DNA of 64,000 nucleotides from positions 1,568,001 through 1,632,000 of the forward strand of contig OZ251539.1 of the NCBI GenBank assembly GCA_965243135.1. Reading direction: 5' to 3'. This stretch comes from Alphaproteobacteria bacterium (GTDB lineage Bacteria > Pseudomonadota > Alphaproteobacteria > MPNO01 > UBA830). Both the position numbers and the translations under genes were made by a program. This document shows positions 28,077 to 38,975 of this stretch, piece by piece (position 1 is the stretch's first letter; each line of letters opens with the position of its first letter). The notes beneath the pieces are model-generated. The model was not told the DNA's origin, made no database searches, and saw only the letters and a program-made list of their open reading frames with translations.

Positions 28077-29321
28077 ATGGAAATACCCACCGATCACGTC
28101 AACAAGATGGCCATCGAGGAATTCGACACCTCGAAGCTCCTCGTCAATGCCGCGCGCCAGCGCGACCGGCGCAAGCTGGAGGACATCCTGATCGTCGACT
28201 GCGACTGCCATCACTACGAGAACGAATCCATCAAGGACATCGTCGAGTTCATCGAGGATCCGGTGCTCCGCCGCACGGGGCAGGTCTATACCAGCGCCGG
28301 CACGGGCGCCAACAGTCCGTTCATGATGGGCAGCCCCGGCGCCCAGGACGTAGCCGGCCGGGTCACGCGCTATCCGTTGCGCAAGATGGAGGTGACGCCC
28401 GACGACGACAGGCATCGCGACATCCATCTGTCGCTGCGCTGGATGGACGCCATGGGCGTCGATTACGCGATGGTGTTCCCGACGCCCATGCTGCTGCTGG
28501 GATTGCATCCGGTGCCGGAATACGAGGTCGCGATGTCGCGCGCCTACAACCGCTGGCTCACGGAAAAGATCCTGACCGAGGAAAAGCGCCTCAAGACCAT
28601 GATCTACCTGCCGTTCAACGATCCCGAGGCGGCATACAGGATGGTGCGGGATTTCGGCGATGCGGAAGGGGTCTGCGGCTTCATGGTCGTCTCCACCCGC
28701 TACAAGCCTGTCTACGACAACGCCTACGTCAAGACCTATTCGCTGATCGAGGAAATGGGCAAGCCGCTTGCGTTCCACGGCTCCTACAGCTGGAACGACC
28801 AGCTTCTCGGCAACACCAACCGGTTCCTCGTCACCCACGCGCTCGGCTTCACCATCTTCAACGCCGTCCATCTGTCGAACTGGATCGTCAACGGCCTGCC
28901 GGAACGCTTCCCGAAGTTGAACGTGATGTGGATCGAATCGGGCCTCGCCTGGGTGCCCTGGCTGATGCAGCGGCTCGACAACGAGTACCGCATGCGCTCG
29001 TCGGAAGCGCCGCTCCTCAAGCGGCTGCCGAGCGAATACATGCGCGAGATGTACTATTCCTCGCAGCCGATGGAGATGCCGCACGACCTCGACGTCCTCG
29101 AGATGACGTTCAGGATGATCAACGCGGAAACCCAGCTTTGCTGGGCCTCCGACTATCCTCATTGGGACATGGATCTTCCGAGCGTTATCTACGATCTGCC
29201 GTTCCTCGACGAAAGGCAGAAGCGCAACATTCTCGGCGAGAATTCCCGGCGGCTGTACAACATCGACGTAAGCGACAGATTCCCCGGCTACCGTTCGCCG
29301 GGGCAGGAAGAAGCCGGGTGA
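28077..29321 (+). CDS. Amidohydrolase-fold protein, candidate dinuclear oxygenase
   Basis: DCDCH, AYNRWL, AFHG, ERFPKL..WIESG..W, SDYPHWD, ILGEN motifs. Confidence 0.85.
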   Translation: MEIPTDHVNKMAIEEFDTSKLLVNAARQRDRRKLEDILIVDCDCHHYENESIKDIVEFIEDPVLRRTGQVYTSAGTGANSPFMMGSPGAQDVAGRVTRYPLRKMEVTPDDDRHRDIHLSLRWMDAMGVDYAMVFPTPMLLLGLHPVPEYEVAMSRAYNRWLTEKILTEEKRLKTMIYLPFNDPEAAYRMVRDFGDAEGVCGFMVVSTRYKPVYDNAYVKTYSLIEEMGKPLAFHGSYSWNDQLLGNTNRFLVTHALGFTIFNAVHLSNWIVNGLPERFPKLNVMWIESGLAWVPWLMQRLDNEYRMRSSEAPLLKRLPSEYMREMYYSSQPMEMPHDLDVLEMTFRMINAETQLCWASDYPHWDMDLPSVIYDLPFLDERQKRNILGENSRRLYNIDVSDRFPGYRSPGQEEAG

Positions 29322-30460
29322 TCCGACCGCCGTTCCGCGTCGAGAACATCGGCAGCTTCGTCCGTCCGCAGGCGCTGCTCGAGGCGCGGGCGCGGCATGC
29401 CGACGGCCGGATCGGCGACGACGAGCTGCGCCGCGTCGAAGACGAGGAGATCGCTCGGATCGCCGCGTGGCAGCGCGAACGCGGCCTTCGTTCCATAACC
29501 GACGGAGAGTTCCGGCGCGGCAGCTACAGCGACGGCTTCGGCCGCAGCGCCTTCCCGGGGTTGGAATCGCTCCCCTCCGGGGATCCGCAGTGGCGCTACA
29601 CCAACGCCGCCGGCGAGGCCTCGCGCGCGAACGCCGCGGTCGTCAGGGAGAGGCTGATCTGGCGGGGGCCGGTGAATGCGGCGGATTTCGAATATCTGGC
29701 GTCCGTCGTCCCCGCGGATTGCGTCCCCAAGATGACGCTTCCCGGTCCATGCTACATCCATTTCAGGGCGGGGCGGGAGAACGTGGCCGAGAGCGCCTAT
29801 CCGGACCTCGACCTTTTCTGGAGCGACATCGTCGACGGTTACGCGAACGAACTCGCGGCGCTCCGCGACTCCGGGTGCCGCTACGTGCAGCTCGACGAGA
29901 CGTCGATCGCGAAATTCGCCGACAACCGCATCCGCGCGGCGCTCGCGGAACGCGGCGACCGTTGGGAGGATCTCCTCGAGATTTACACCGACGTCATCAA
30001 CGAAGTCGCGGCCCGCGCGCCGGCCGGGCTCGAGCTCGGACTGCATCTCTGCCGCGGCAACAAAGGCGGAGCGTGGCAGGCGGAGGGCGGTTACGAGCAC
30101 GTGGCGGCGAGCCTGTTCCGCAAGCTGGCGATCGGAGCTTACTATCTCGAATACGACTCGCCGCGCGCCGGCGGCTTCGAACCGCTTCGCGAAGTGCCGG
30201 ACGGAAAAATCGTCGTGCTGGGCCTCGTTTCCACCAAGGTTCGCGCTCCGGAGCGAATCGACGACCTCCGCCGCCGCGTGGAGGAAGCAGCGCGCTTCGT
30301 GCCGCTGGACCGCTTGGGCGTTTCGACCCAATGCGGCTTCGCCGGGGACGTCGCGGGCACCGGACTGGACGCCGCCGACCAGACGGCGAAAATCGACCTG
30401 CTATTTCGCTTCGCCAAAGAGATATGGGGCGAGGCGGCGACGGAACCGGTTCAGGCATGA
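29318..30460 (+). CDS. MetE C-terminal-like Zn enzyme (cobalamin-independent methionine synthase catalytic-domain family)
   Basis: GSFVRP, ITDGEFRR, QLDE, HLCRGN, LEYD, QCGF; GTGA overlap with the upstream stop. Confidence 0.88.
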   Translation: MIRPPFRVENIGSFVRPQALLEARARHADGRIGDDELRRVEDEEIARIAAWQRERGLRSITDGEFRRGSYSDGFGRSAFPGLESLPSGDPQWRYTNAAGEASRANAAVVRERLIWRGPVNAADFEYLASVVPADCVPKMTLPGPCYIHFRAGRENVAESAYPDLDLFWSDIVDGYANELAALRDSGCRYVQLDETSIAKFADNRIRAALAERGDRWEDLLEIYTDVINEVAARAPAGLELGLHLCRGNKGGAWQAEGGYEHVAASLFRKLAIGAYYLEYDSPRAGGFEPLREVPDGKIVVLGLVSTKVRAPERIDDLRRRVEEAARFVPLDRLGVSTQCGFAGDVAGTGLDAADQTAKIDLLFRFAKEIWGEAATEPVQA

Positions 30461-31773
30461 GCGCCCGGCTTCGGCAGGCCGTCTCCGCTTCGGAGGCCAC
30501 GCTGACGGAAGGGCTGGTCTCGCTCGTTCGGCGCAAGCCGATCGAACAGGCGGACTACGACGCTATGGCGCTCTTCGCTCTCGACGGCGTCGCCAACATG
30601 CTGGCGGGGAGGCGCACCGATCCCGGACGGAAGCTTCTCCGTTATCTGGCGGACCGGCCGGGGGACGCGGGCCGCCGCGCTTTGGTCATGGGCGGACTGA
30701 CGCATATTCTCGAGGTCGACGACTTGCATAAGGCGTCCGTGGTGCATCCCGGCTGCGTCACGATTCCCGCTGCGGCCGCGTTGTCGCGGGACGCTAAGCC
30801 GGGCGGCCGGGAGTTTCTCCGGGCCGTTCTCCACGGCTTCGAAGCGTGCGCCCGGGTCGGCATGTCGGTCGGCGGAACGCATTACAAGGTCTGGCACAAT
30901 ACGGGAACTTGCGGCACGTTCGGCGGCGCGATGACGGCGGCGGCGCTGCTCGACCTGACGGACGAACAGGCGGTTCACGCCCTCGGCAACGCCGGGACGC
31001 AGTCGGCCGGCCTTTGGGAATTCCTCAATACCGGAGCGATGAGCAAGCATCTGCATGCGGGCCGCGGCGCGGAGGCGGGCGTCGTCGCCGCGGAGCTCGC
31101 CCGGCTCGGCTTCACCGGGCCGCCCGCCGTGCTCGAAGGACCGCAGGGGCTGTATGCGGGGGCGTGTCCCGACGCCGACCCCGATGCCGTGCTTCGCGAT
31201 CCCGAGGCGCCTTGGCAGGTTCACGCCACCTCGATCAAGCCCTGGCCGTCTTGCCGCCATACGCACCCGCTTGTCGACGCCGCGCTGGAGCTTTCGCGCA
31301 AGGTCGATGCCGCCGCCGTCGAAAGCGTCGACGCCGCGATTTACCGGGCGTCGATCGACGTATGCGACAGACCTGCGCCGGACAGCGAATACGAAGCCAA
31401 GTTTTCGTTGCAGCACTGCGTCGCGATCTGTCTGCTCGACGGCGAGTGCGGATTCGAATCGTTCGATTCCGCCGCTCGCGAGCGCGCCGCCGGCCTGCGC
31501 GAGAGGATCTCGGTCCGCGCCGGCGCGACCTACGACGCCGCCTACCCGAAGAGCTGGGGAGGCGAGGTCACTGTCAGGCTGGCGAACGGCGGCGCGGTGA
31601 CGGCCGTCCGCTCGGCTTGCAGGGGCGATCCGGAGATGCCGCTCGACCGCGGGGAGATGATCGCGAAGGCGGATCGCCTCCTTTCGTTCGCCGGCGTCGA
31701 CGATCGGCCCCGGCTGATTGACGAGGTCTTGGGCATGGCTGCAGGACGCCCGGTCCCGGAAATCCCGTTGTGA
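30457..31773 (+). CDS. MmgE/PrpD family protein
   Basis: HILEVDDLH..VHPG, WHNTGTCG, KPWPSCRHTH, AKFSLQH, GDPE.PL. Confidence 0.9.
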   Translation: MSARLRQAVSASEATLTEGLVSLVRRKPIEQADYDAMALFALDGVANMLAGRRTDPGRKLLRYLADRPGDAGRRALVMGGLTHILEVDDLHKASVVHPGCVTIPAAAALSRDAKPGGREFLRAVLHGFEACARVGMSVGGTHYKVWHNTGTCGTFGGAMTAAALLDLTDEQAVHALGNAGTQSAGLWEFLNTGAMSKHLHAGRGAEAGVVAAELARLGFTGPPAVLEGPQGLYAGACPDADPDAVLRDPEAPWQVHATSIKPWPSCRHTHPLVDAALELSRKVDAAAVESVDAAIYRASIDVCDRPAPDSEYEAKFSLQHCVAICLLDGECGFESFDSAARERAAGLRERISVRAGATYDAAYPKSWGGEVTVRLANGGAVTAVRSACRGDPEMPLDRGEMIAKADRLLSFAGVDDRPRLIDEVLGMAAGRPVPEIPL

Positions 31774-32600
31774 ACGCGGGGAACCGCCGGGAGCTGGCCG
31801 CGAAGGCGGCGAGGCTCAAGGAGCTGATCGACGCGCCGGAACCGCTCGTTCTCGCCAACGTATGGGACGCGGGAAGCGCCCGGATCGTCGCTCGGGCCGG
31901 ATTCCCGGCGATCGCGACGTCGAGCGCCGGAGTGGCGTGGTCGATGGGATACGCCGACGGCGAGAACATTTCGCGCGGCGAAATGCTTTCCGTCGTGGCC
32001 CGAATCGCCGCGGCCGTGGATCTGCCCGTCACCGCCGACCTCGAAGCCGGATACGGCGCGGCCCCCGAAGCGGTCGCCGAGACGGTCCGCGAGGCGCTGC
32101 GGGCCGGCGCGGTCGGCGCCAACGTGGAGGACAGCGTGGCGGGCACGGCCGAACTGCTGGAATTCGAGCTGTCGGTGGACCGCATCCGGGCGGGGAGGGC
32201 GGCCGCGGAGGAGGCTGGCGTTCCCTTCGTCATCAACGCGAGGACCGACGGATTCCACGGCGGCGTCGACGACCCGTTCGCCGAAACCGTCCGCCGCGCC
32301 AACGCCTATCTCGAAGCCGGCGCCGGATGCGCGTTCGTGCCCTTCGTCCGCGACGCCGCGACCATCGCCCGGCTGGTCGAAGCCGTCGAAGGTCCGGTGA
32401 ACATTCTCGCGGGCGCATTGTCGCCGACGCTGCCCGAGTTGCAGGAGTTGGGCGTCGCCCGCGTCAGCATCGGCGGCCTCTTTTCGCTGATGGCCTACTC
32501 GCGCGTCCGCGAAGCCTGCCGCGAACTCGGCGGGACGGGCGGGTACGGCTGGGCGAAGGATCTCATTCTGCATCCGGAGATGAACGACCTCATGTCGTAG
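31770..32600 (+). CDS. Isocitrate lyase / PEP mutase family protein
   Basis: NVWDAGSA, ATSSAGVA..GY.DGE, ADLEAGYG, NVED, INARTD. Confidence 0.9.
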   Translation: MNAGNRRELAAKAARLKELIDAPEPLVLANVWDAGSARIVARAGFPAIATSSAGVAWSMGYADGENISRGEMLSVVARIAAAVDLPVTADLEAGYGAAPEAVAETVREALRAGAVGANVEDSVAGTAELLEFELSVDRIRAGRAAAEEAGVPFVINARTDGFHGGVDDPFAETVRRANAYLEAGAGCAFVPFVRDAATIARLVEAVEGPVNILAGALSPTLPELQELGVARVSIGGLFSLMAYSRVREACRELGGTGGYGWAKDLILHPEMNDLMS

Positions 32601-32917
32601 TCGTTCCCGGCCGCGTCGGCGCCTCGCGCCGTTCGTTTCACGGGGGTCTCCCGCTGAGCGGCGCCCTGTGCCGCAGGTCAGGCGGCGACTGCAAGAAGAC
32701 GGAAATAAAGTCAGGCCGAACCATTCCTGGCGGCGCAAAGGCAGTCGAGGCGTCGAGGCCGCTGGAGAGGATCGACCGGCGACCGCGGCGCTGGGCGGAC
32801 GCTGCGTATTCGAACGTCGAAAAATTTTCCTCGTTTTCAGGCGCGTAAATCGCCGGGAAATACCCCTTTCGTCCCGCGCAGCGTATCCCGGACCGCGCTC
32901 GACGAAGTTCGTCCCTT

Positions 32918-34606
32918 TCATTCCGGCCGCGCCCGTTCCGCCAGCGCGCGAGCGCGGATTTCGGCGAGCGTCGAGGTCGGCAGAACCGCCTCCGGGTCCA
33001 TCGCGAGCTCGATCAACGCGGGACCGCCCGCGCCGCGGGCGCGCTCGAACGCCGGCGCGAACTCCTCCGTGCGCCGCACGGTCTCGCCGTGGGCGCCGTA
33101 GGAACGGGCCAGCGCCGCGAAATCCGGGTTCGCGAGGTCGGTGCCGGAGGTCCGCCCGGGATAGTGGCGTTCCTGGTGCATGCGGATGGTGCCGTAGATG
33201 CCGTTGTTGACGACGATGAAGACGACCGCGACGTTCTGCTGCGCGGCGGTCGCGAGTTCCTGTCCGTTCATGAGGAAGCAGCCGTCGCCGCTGACGGAGA
33301 CGACGACTCGGTCGGGATGCCGGATGGCCGCGGCGACGCCGGCCGGCACGCCGTAGCCCATGGCTCCCGATTGCGGAGCCAGCTGGGTGCCGTAGCGCTT
33401 GTAGCGGAAGAAGCGGTGCACCCAGATCGAAAAGTTGCCCGCGCCGTTCGCGACCACCGCGTTCTCGGGAAGGGTGTCGCTCAGCCACGCGACGATCGCC
33501 GAATAGTTGACCGCTCCCGGCATGCCGCCCGCCGTGGAAAAGGCGAGGTAATCGGCTCGCGCGGACTTCGTCCATTCCGCCCTGTCCCCCCTGGACGGGG
33601 CCAGCGCCCGCGCCGCGGCGCAGAACTCCGCCATGCCCGCGTTGATGGCGAGGTCGGCCTGATAGACCTTGCCCAGTTCGCCGACCCCGGCCGCGACGTG
33701 GACGAAGCGCTGCCGCGGCTTGGGGAACGTGAAGTAGGCGTAGCCGCCGCTGACGATCTCGCCGAGTTGCGGTCCGACCGCCACCAGCAGGTCGGTCTCG
33801 TCGAGGCGCGTCTTCAGCTTCGGATCGATGCCGAGTCCGACCACGCCCGCGTAGTTCGGGCGGCGGTTGTCGAACAGGTCCTGGCGGCGGAAGGCCGCGG
33901 CGACGGGCAGGTCGAAGGCCTCGGCGAACGCCTGCAGGTCGTCGCAGGCGCCGGCGGACCAACCGCCGCCGCCGACCAGAAGCAGCGGCCGCCGGGCGGT
34001 TTCGAGCATGTCGCGCAACCGATCCATGTCGCCGGCGCCGGGATGCGCCTGGACCGGGCGAAAGGGCGCGCCGTCCGCCGCGCCCGTCCGTTCGGTCTGC
34101 ATGTCCTCCGGAAGCGCGAGGACGACCGGGCCCGGCCGCCCCGACGTCGCGACCTGAAACGCCCGTCCGACCATTTCCGGAATGCGCGCCGGATCGTCGA
34201 TTTGCGCCACCCACTTGGTCAACTGGCCGAACATCCGCCGGAAATCCACCTCCTGGAAGGCTTCCCGCTCGGCCATGCCGCGCGCCACCTGCCCGACGAA
34301 CAGGATCAGCGGAGTCGAATCCTGGCGGGCGGTGTGAAGTCCGATGGAGGCGTTCGCGGCGCCGGGTCCGCGGGTCGCGAACGCTATGCCGGGGCGGCCC
34401 GTCATCTTGCCCCACGCTTCCGCCATGTTCGTCGCGCCGCCTTCCTGGCGGCATGCGACGAGGCGGATCGAATCGCGGACGTCGTGAAACGCGTCGAGCG
34501 TCGCGAGGTAGCTCTCGCCCGGCACGCAGAAGACCGTGTCGACGCCGTGCAGCCGCAGGCAGTCGACCAGAATCTGGCCTCCGGTGCGAAGGTTGGAGCT
34601 GTACAC
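32918..34606 (-). CDS. ThDP-binding protein (acetolactate synthase large subunit-like)
   Basis: RTGGQIL, FCVPGESYL, CRQEGGA, TRGPG, SGRPGPV, GAMGYG, GDGCF..NGQEL...NNG; GTG at 34606. Confidence 0.92.
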   Translation of the reverse strand: MYSSNLRTGGQILVDCLRLHGVDTVFCVPGESYLATLDAFHDVRDSIRLVACRQEGGATNMAEAWGKMTGRPGIAFATRGPGAANASIGLHTARQDSTPLILFVGQVARGMAEREAFQEVDFRRMFGQLTKWVAQIDDPARIPEMVGRAFQVATSGRPGPVVLALPEDMQTERTGAADGAPFRPVQAHPGAGDMDRLRDMLETARRPLLLVGGGGWSAGACDDLQAFAEAFDLPVAAAFRRQDLFDNRRPNYAGVVGLGIDPKLKTRLDETDLLVAVGPQLGEIVSGGYAYFTFPKPRQRFVHVAAGVGELGKVYQADLAINAGMAEFCAAARALAPSRGDRAEWTKSARADYLAFSTAGGMPGAVNYSAIVAWLSDTLPENAVVANGAGNFSIWVHRFFRYKRYGTQLAPQSGAMGYGVPAGVAAAIRHPDRVVVSVSGDGCFLMNGQELATAAQQNVAVVFIVVNNGIYGTIRMHQERHYPGRTSGTDLANPDFAALARSYGAHGETVRRTEEFAPAFERARGAGGPALIELAMDPEAVLPTSTLAEIRARALAERARPE

Positions 34607-34608
34607 GG

Positions 34609-35253
34609 CTATATGAACTCGTCCAGAAACACGGTGTATTTCTGCCGCCGGGGCTTGTTCCGGTCCTCGTCGCGGACGTAAGCGATCGAGGATCGTCCCT
34701 GATAGGCTCGCGGCAGGATCATGACGCGGCAGAAATTGCCGGGCTTGTCGTCGGGCGCGTAAGCCAGCACCGGTTCGGGGCCCGACTCGAACCAGGACTG
34801 GCCGGGCAGGATGCGGCGAGTCTCGCCGCCCGTCTCGACGGTCAGCTCGCCCTCGAGGAGGCGCCGTATGCCGGGGCCCGCGTGGACGTGCGCGTAGGCG
34901 ACGCCCCCAGGCGGGATGTCCACGCGGTCGCAGCGCATCAGGTAGGCTTCCCCGGGATCCAGATCGACGTCCGCCGAAGACGCGCAGGACGACGACATCC
35001 CGTCGCCGGTCGCCGCGGTTTCCCCTGCCGCCGCCGGGGCGAACTCGTAGCGCAACAATCGCGCGCCGCTTCGCGACGAAACCTCGACCCCGCCCGCGCC
35101 GTGCCAGGCTGAATTCGCGCTCAGGGTCGCCGCGCCGCCGGCGGCGCGAAACGACGCCATCCCTTCCGCCACGTATACCGCGCGGACGGCGGGCGGGAGG
35201 GCGGAGGCGCCGCCGGCCGTCAGAACATCCTCGTAGAGCCGCAGAACGTTCAT
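34609..35253 (-). CDS. Cupin-domain protein
   Basis: [31 protein letters not shown]; abuts the ThDP gene. Confidence 0.7.
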   Translation of the reverse strand: MNVLRLYEDVLTAGGASALPPAVRAVYVAEGMASFRAAGGAATLSANSAWHGAGGVEVSSRSGARLLRYEFAPAAAGETAATGDGMSSSCASSADVDLDPGEAYLMRCDRVDIPPGGVAYAHVHAGPGIRRLLEGELTVETGGETRRILPGQSWFESGPEPVLAYAPDDKPGNFCRVMILPRAYQGRSSIAYVRDEDRNKPRRQKYTVFLDEFI

Positions 35254-35321
35254 CGTCCTTCCTCCGTTGCGAATTCAGCCTATCGCGCCGGACGCAGGCC
35301 GGCAATTCGGGCCGCACCTCG

Positions 35322-35349
35322 TTGACGCGGGCGAGCGCGCGGCTATCAT
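35322..35349 (+). promoter_or_regulatory. Putative sigma70 promoter of prpDBC
   Basis: TTGACG, 16-nt spacer, TATCAT, about 30 nt before GTG 35381. Confidence 0.4.
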
Positions 35350-35380
35350 GCGGCCCCCGCCAACCGCCTCCGGATACGCC

Positions 35381-36883
35381 GTGAAGAACCACACCGTCAG
35401 AGTCTGCCCCTCGAAGCGGCTCCTGCCGCGGGAAGATCAACTCGCCTGGAAGATCGCCGCGGTCGCCGCGGACGAGGCGGAGGTCGAAAGCGACGTCGCC
35501 GAAATGATCGTCAACCGGATCATCGACAACGCCGCGGTGGCGGCGGCGGCGCTGAACCGAAGCCCCGTCGCGAACGCCAGGGCCATGGCGATCTGCCATC
35601 CGCGCGACGGGGGCGCGACGGTGTTCGGCATGCCGGGGGCAGAGCGCTTCAGCGCCGAGTGGGCCGCCTGGGCGAACGGAACGGCGGTGCGCGAACTCGA
35701 CTTTCACGACACGTTCCTCGCCGCGGATTATTCGCATCCTGGCGACAACATCCCGCCGATTCTGGCCGTCGCGCAGCAAAAGGGCCGCGACGGCCGCGAC
35801 CTCCTCCGGGGCATCGCCGCCGCCTACGAAATCCAGGTCGATCTCGTGAAAGGGATATGCCTGCATGCGCACAAGATCGATCACATCGCGCATATCGGTC
35901 CGTCGGCCGCCGCCGGAATCGGCGCCTTGCTCGGCCTCGACCCCGGCGTCGTCTACCAAGCGGTCCAGCAGGGGCTGCACGTGACCTGCACCACGCGGCA
36001 GTCCCGGAAGGGCGAGATTTCGAGCTGGAAGGCCTACGCGCCGGCGCACGCCGGCAAGCTCGCCGTCGAGGCAGTGGATCGCTGCATGCGCGGGGAGGGA
36101 GCCCCGTCGCCCATATACGAGGGCGAGGACGGCGTGATCGCGTGGATGCTCGACGGACCCGACGCCGAGTATTCGGTGCCGCTGCCGGAACCCGGCGAGC
36201 CCAAGCGCGCGATTCTCGAGACTTACACCAAGGAGCACTCCGCGGAATACCAGAGCCAGGCCTTGATCGATCTCGGCCGCAGGATGGGCTCCCGGATCGA
36301 CGACTTCGACGCCGTCGAAAGCGTCGTCATCCACACCAGCCACCATACCCACTACGTGATCGGAACCGGCGCCGGCGATCCGCAGAAGATGGACCCGGAA
36401 GCGAGCAGGGAAACGCTCGATCACTCGATAATGTACATTTTCGCGGTGGCGCTTCAGGATCGCGCCTGGCATCATGTCGATTCCTACGCGCCGGAACGGG
36501 CGCGGCGACCGGACACCGTCCGGTTGTGGCGGAAGGTTTCGACGGCCGAGGATCCCGAATGGACCGCCCGTTACCACGATCCGGACCCGGCGAGGCGCGC
36601 CTTCGGGGGCCGGGTCGTGATCGCCATGAAGGACGGTTCGAAGCTGGAGGACGAGCTCGCGGTCGCCGACGCCCATCCCGCCGGCGCCCGTCCGTTCGTC
36701 AGGGAAAACTACGTAAACAAGTTCAAGATCCTGACGGAAGGCATTGTTTCCGAAAGCGAACGAGATCGCTTTCTCGACGCGGTGCAACGCCTGCCCGAAC
36801 TTGGAGCGGCGGAACTCGGCGGCCTGCATTTGACCTCGGGTTCGCTCGAGAACGCGGTTCGCGACGACCGGGGAATCTTCTGA
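35381..36883 (+). CDS. prpD: 2-methylcitrate dehydratase
   Basis: [47 protein letters not shown]; first gene of prpDBC. Confidence 0.92.
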   Translation: MKNHTVRVCPSKRLLPREDQLAWKIAAVAADEAEVESDVAEMIVNRIIDNAAVAAAALNRSPVANARAMAICHPRDGGATVFGMPGAERFSAEWAAWANGTAVRELDFHDTFLAADYSHPGDNIPPILAVAQQKGRDGRDLLRGIAAAYEIQVDLVKGICLHAHKIDHIAHIGPSAAAGIGALLGLDPGVVYQAVQQGLHVTCTTRQSRKGEISSWKAYAPAHAGKLAVEAVDRCMRGEGAPSPIYEGEDGVIAWMLDGPDAEYSVPLPEPGEPKRAILETYTKEHSAEYQSQALIDLGRRMGSRIDDFDAVESVVIHTSHHTHYVIGTGAGDPQKMDPEASRETLDHSIMYIFAVALQDRAWHHVDSYAPERARRPDTVRLWRKVSTAEDPEWTARYHDPDPARRAFGGRVVIAMKDGSKLEDELAVADAHPAGARPFVRENYVNKFKILTEGIVSESERDRFLDAVQRLPELGAAELGGLHLTSGSLENAVRDDRGIF

Positions 36884-37779
36884 TGCTGTTCGCTCGCAAG
36901 GCCGCCGCGGAAAAGCGCGCCGATCTGCGCGCCGCGCTGGCGACCGGCCGGCTGCTGCAATTCCCGGGGGCGCATGCGCCGATCGTCGCCCTCGTCGTGC
37001 AGGAGCAGGAATTCGACGGGGTTTATATCTCCGGAGCGGCCCTTTCGGCGGAACTGGGGCTGCCCGACATCGGATTGACGAGCCTGACCGAGGTGGCCGG
37101 TCGGGGGCGCCAGATCGCCCGCGTGACCGATCTTCCGGCGCTCATCGACATCGACACGGGGTTCGGCGAACCGATGAACGCGGCCCGGACGGTGCGCGAA
37201 CTCGAGGAGTTGGGCCTTGCCGGCTGCCATCTGGAGGATCAGGTGAATCCCAAGCGGTGCGGCCATCTCGACAACAAAACCATCGTGCCGGCGCAGGAAA
37301 TGATCGGCAAAATCCGGGCCGCGACGGAGGCGAAGCGCGACCCGAATTTCCTGTTGATGGCTCGCACCGACGCGCGGGCGTCGGAGGGGCTCTCCGCCGC
37401 GATCGACCGCGCCAAGGCCTATGTCGACGCCGGGGCGGACGCGATCTTCCCGGAAGCGCTGCAGGAGACGGCGGAATACGAAGCGGTCCGGGAAGCGCTT
37501 CCGGGCGTGCCGTTGCTCGCCAACCTTACCGAGTTCGGCAAGACCCCGCTGCTGACGAAGAAGGAGTTGGAGGATCTTGGGTACAACATGGCCATCTATC
37601 CGGTCACCTCGCTGCGGCTCTCGATGAAGGCGGTCGAGGAGGGGCTGGCCGAACTGAAGCGTCGCGGCACCCAGAAGGACGCGGTGGACCGCATGCAGAC
37701 GCGCGAGCGGCTCTACGAACTCATTCGCTACGAGGCTTACAATCGGTTCGACCGGAGCGTCTACAACTTCAGGGTCTGA
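36883..37779 (+). CDS. prpB: Methylisocitrate lyase
   Basis: GLPDIGL, DIDTGFG, EDQVNPKRCGHL, ARTD, ANLTEFGK; TGATG coupling to prpD. Confidence 0.93.
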   Translation: MLFARKAAAEKRADLRAALATGRLLQFPGAHAPIVALVVQEQEFDGVYISGAALSAELGLPDIGLTSLTEVAGRGRQIARVTDLPALIDIDTGFGEPMNAARTVRELEELGLAGCHLEDQVNPKRCGHLDNKTIVPAQEMIGKIRAATEAKRDPNFLLMARTDARASEGLSAAIDRAKAYVDAGADAIFPEALQETAEYEAVREALPGVPLLANLTEFGKTPLLTKKELEDLGYNMAIYPVTSLRLSMKAVEEGLAELKRRGTQKDAVDRMQTRERLYELIRYEAYNRFDRSVYNFRV

Positions 37780-37795
37780 AGCGGGGAGAACGATC

Positions 37796-38938
37796 ATGGC
37801 AGCTGGCGGGACGGCGAGCGCGGAACCGGAAATCCGCAAGGGGCTCGCGGGCGTGACCGTCGACACGACGGCCGTGTCCAAGGTAATGCCGGAAACCAAT
37901 TCGCTGACGTATCGCGGTTATCCGGTCCAGGAGCTCGCTGCGCATTGCAGTTTCGAGGAGGTGGCGTATCTGATATGGCACGGCGAGTTGCCTGATCGTC
38001 GGCAGTTGCGGGCGTTCCAAGCGAGCGAACGCGATCGCCGGGAGATCTCGCGCCCGCATCTCGAAGCGATTCGTTGCTTTCCCAAGACGGCGCATCCGAT
38101 GGACGCGTTGCGCACGGCCGTCAGTTACCTCGGCACCACCGAGACCGCTTGGGGCAGCGAGCCTCGCGAGCGCGATCTGGAGCGGGCGATGGACCTGCTC
38201 GCCAAGATTCCCACGATGATCGCGAGCGATTACCGCTTCCGGAGAGGGCTCCCGCGCAAGCGCCCGCGGGAAGAACTCGACATGTCGGAGAACTTCTTTC
38301 ACATGTGCTTCGGAAAGGTGCCGCCGAAGGAAGTGACCCGGGCGTTCAACACCTCGCTGATTCTCTACGCGGAACACAGCTTCAACGCCTCGACCTTCAC
38401 CGCGCGCGTCATCGCCTCGTCGCGTTCGGACATCTACAGCGCGGTGACCGGCGCCATCGGCTCGCTGAAGGGACCGCTCCACGGCGGCGCCAACGAAGCG
38501 GTCATGCACGACCTGCTTGAAATCGGCGCGCCCGACAGGGCGGAAGCCTGGCTGCGAAAGAAGTTCGAGAACCGCGAATTGGTCATGGGCTTCGGGCACC
38601 GCGTCTACAAGCAGGGCGACTCGCGCGTTCCCACGATGCGCGCGGCGCTGGAGGACCTTTCGGCCTGGAAAGGCGACGCCAACTGGATCGAAATCTCCGA
38701 CATCCTGCAGAACATCATGATTGGCGAAAAGGGCATTCATCCAAACCTCGATTTTCCCACCGGTCCCGCCTACCATCTGATGGGCTTCGAGATCGAGATG
38801 TTCACGCCGATTTTCGTGATGAGCCGCATCACCGGCTGGGCGGCGCACGTTCTCGAGCAGAATGCCGACAACAGCCTGATCCGACCGCTCAGCGCCTATG
38901 GCGGCGTCGATCAGCGCACGGTCGTTCCCCGGCGCTGA
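37796..38938 (+). CDS. prpC: 2-methylcitrate synthase
   Basis: [44 protein letters not shown]. Confidence 0.92.
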   Translation: MAAGGTASAEPEIRKGLAGVTVDTTAVSKVMPETNSLTYRGYPVQELAAHCSFEEVAYLIWHGELPDRRQLRAFQASERDRREISRPHLEAIRCFPKTAHPMDALRTAVSYLGTTETAWGSEPRERDLERAMDLLAKIPTMIASDYRFRRGLPRKRPREELDMSENFFHMCFGKVPPKEVTRAFNTSLILYAEHSFNASTFTARVIASSRSDIYSAVTGAIGSLKGPLHGGANEAVMHDLLEIGAPDRAEAWLRKKFENRELVMGFGHRVYKQGDSRVPTMRAALEDLSAWKGDANWIEISDILQNIMIGEKGIHPNLDFPTGPAYHLMGFEIEMFTPIFVMSRITGWAAHVLEQNADNSLIRPLSAYGGVDQRTVVPRR

Positions 38939-38975
38939 GCCGCGGATTTTTCAGGAAAAGAGGAAACCGATCGCC

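Noticed and set aside
29318-30460. Calling this gene metE
   Set aside because: It is only the single catalytic-domain form in a catabolic context, so methionine synthesis is unproven.
32918-36829. 1303-aa minus-strand ORF
   Set aside because: Only 34606-32918 is a ThDP enzyme; the rest overlaps prpD and the cupin gene.
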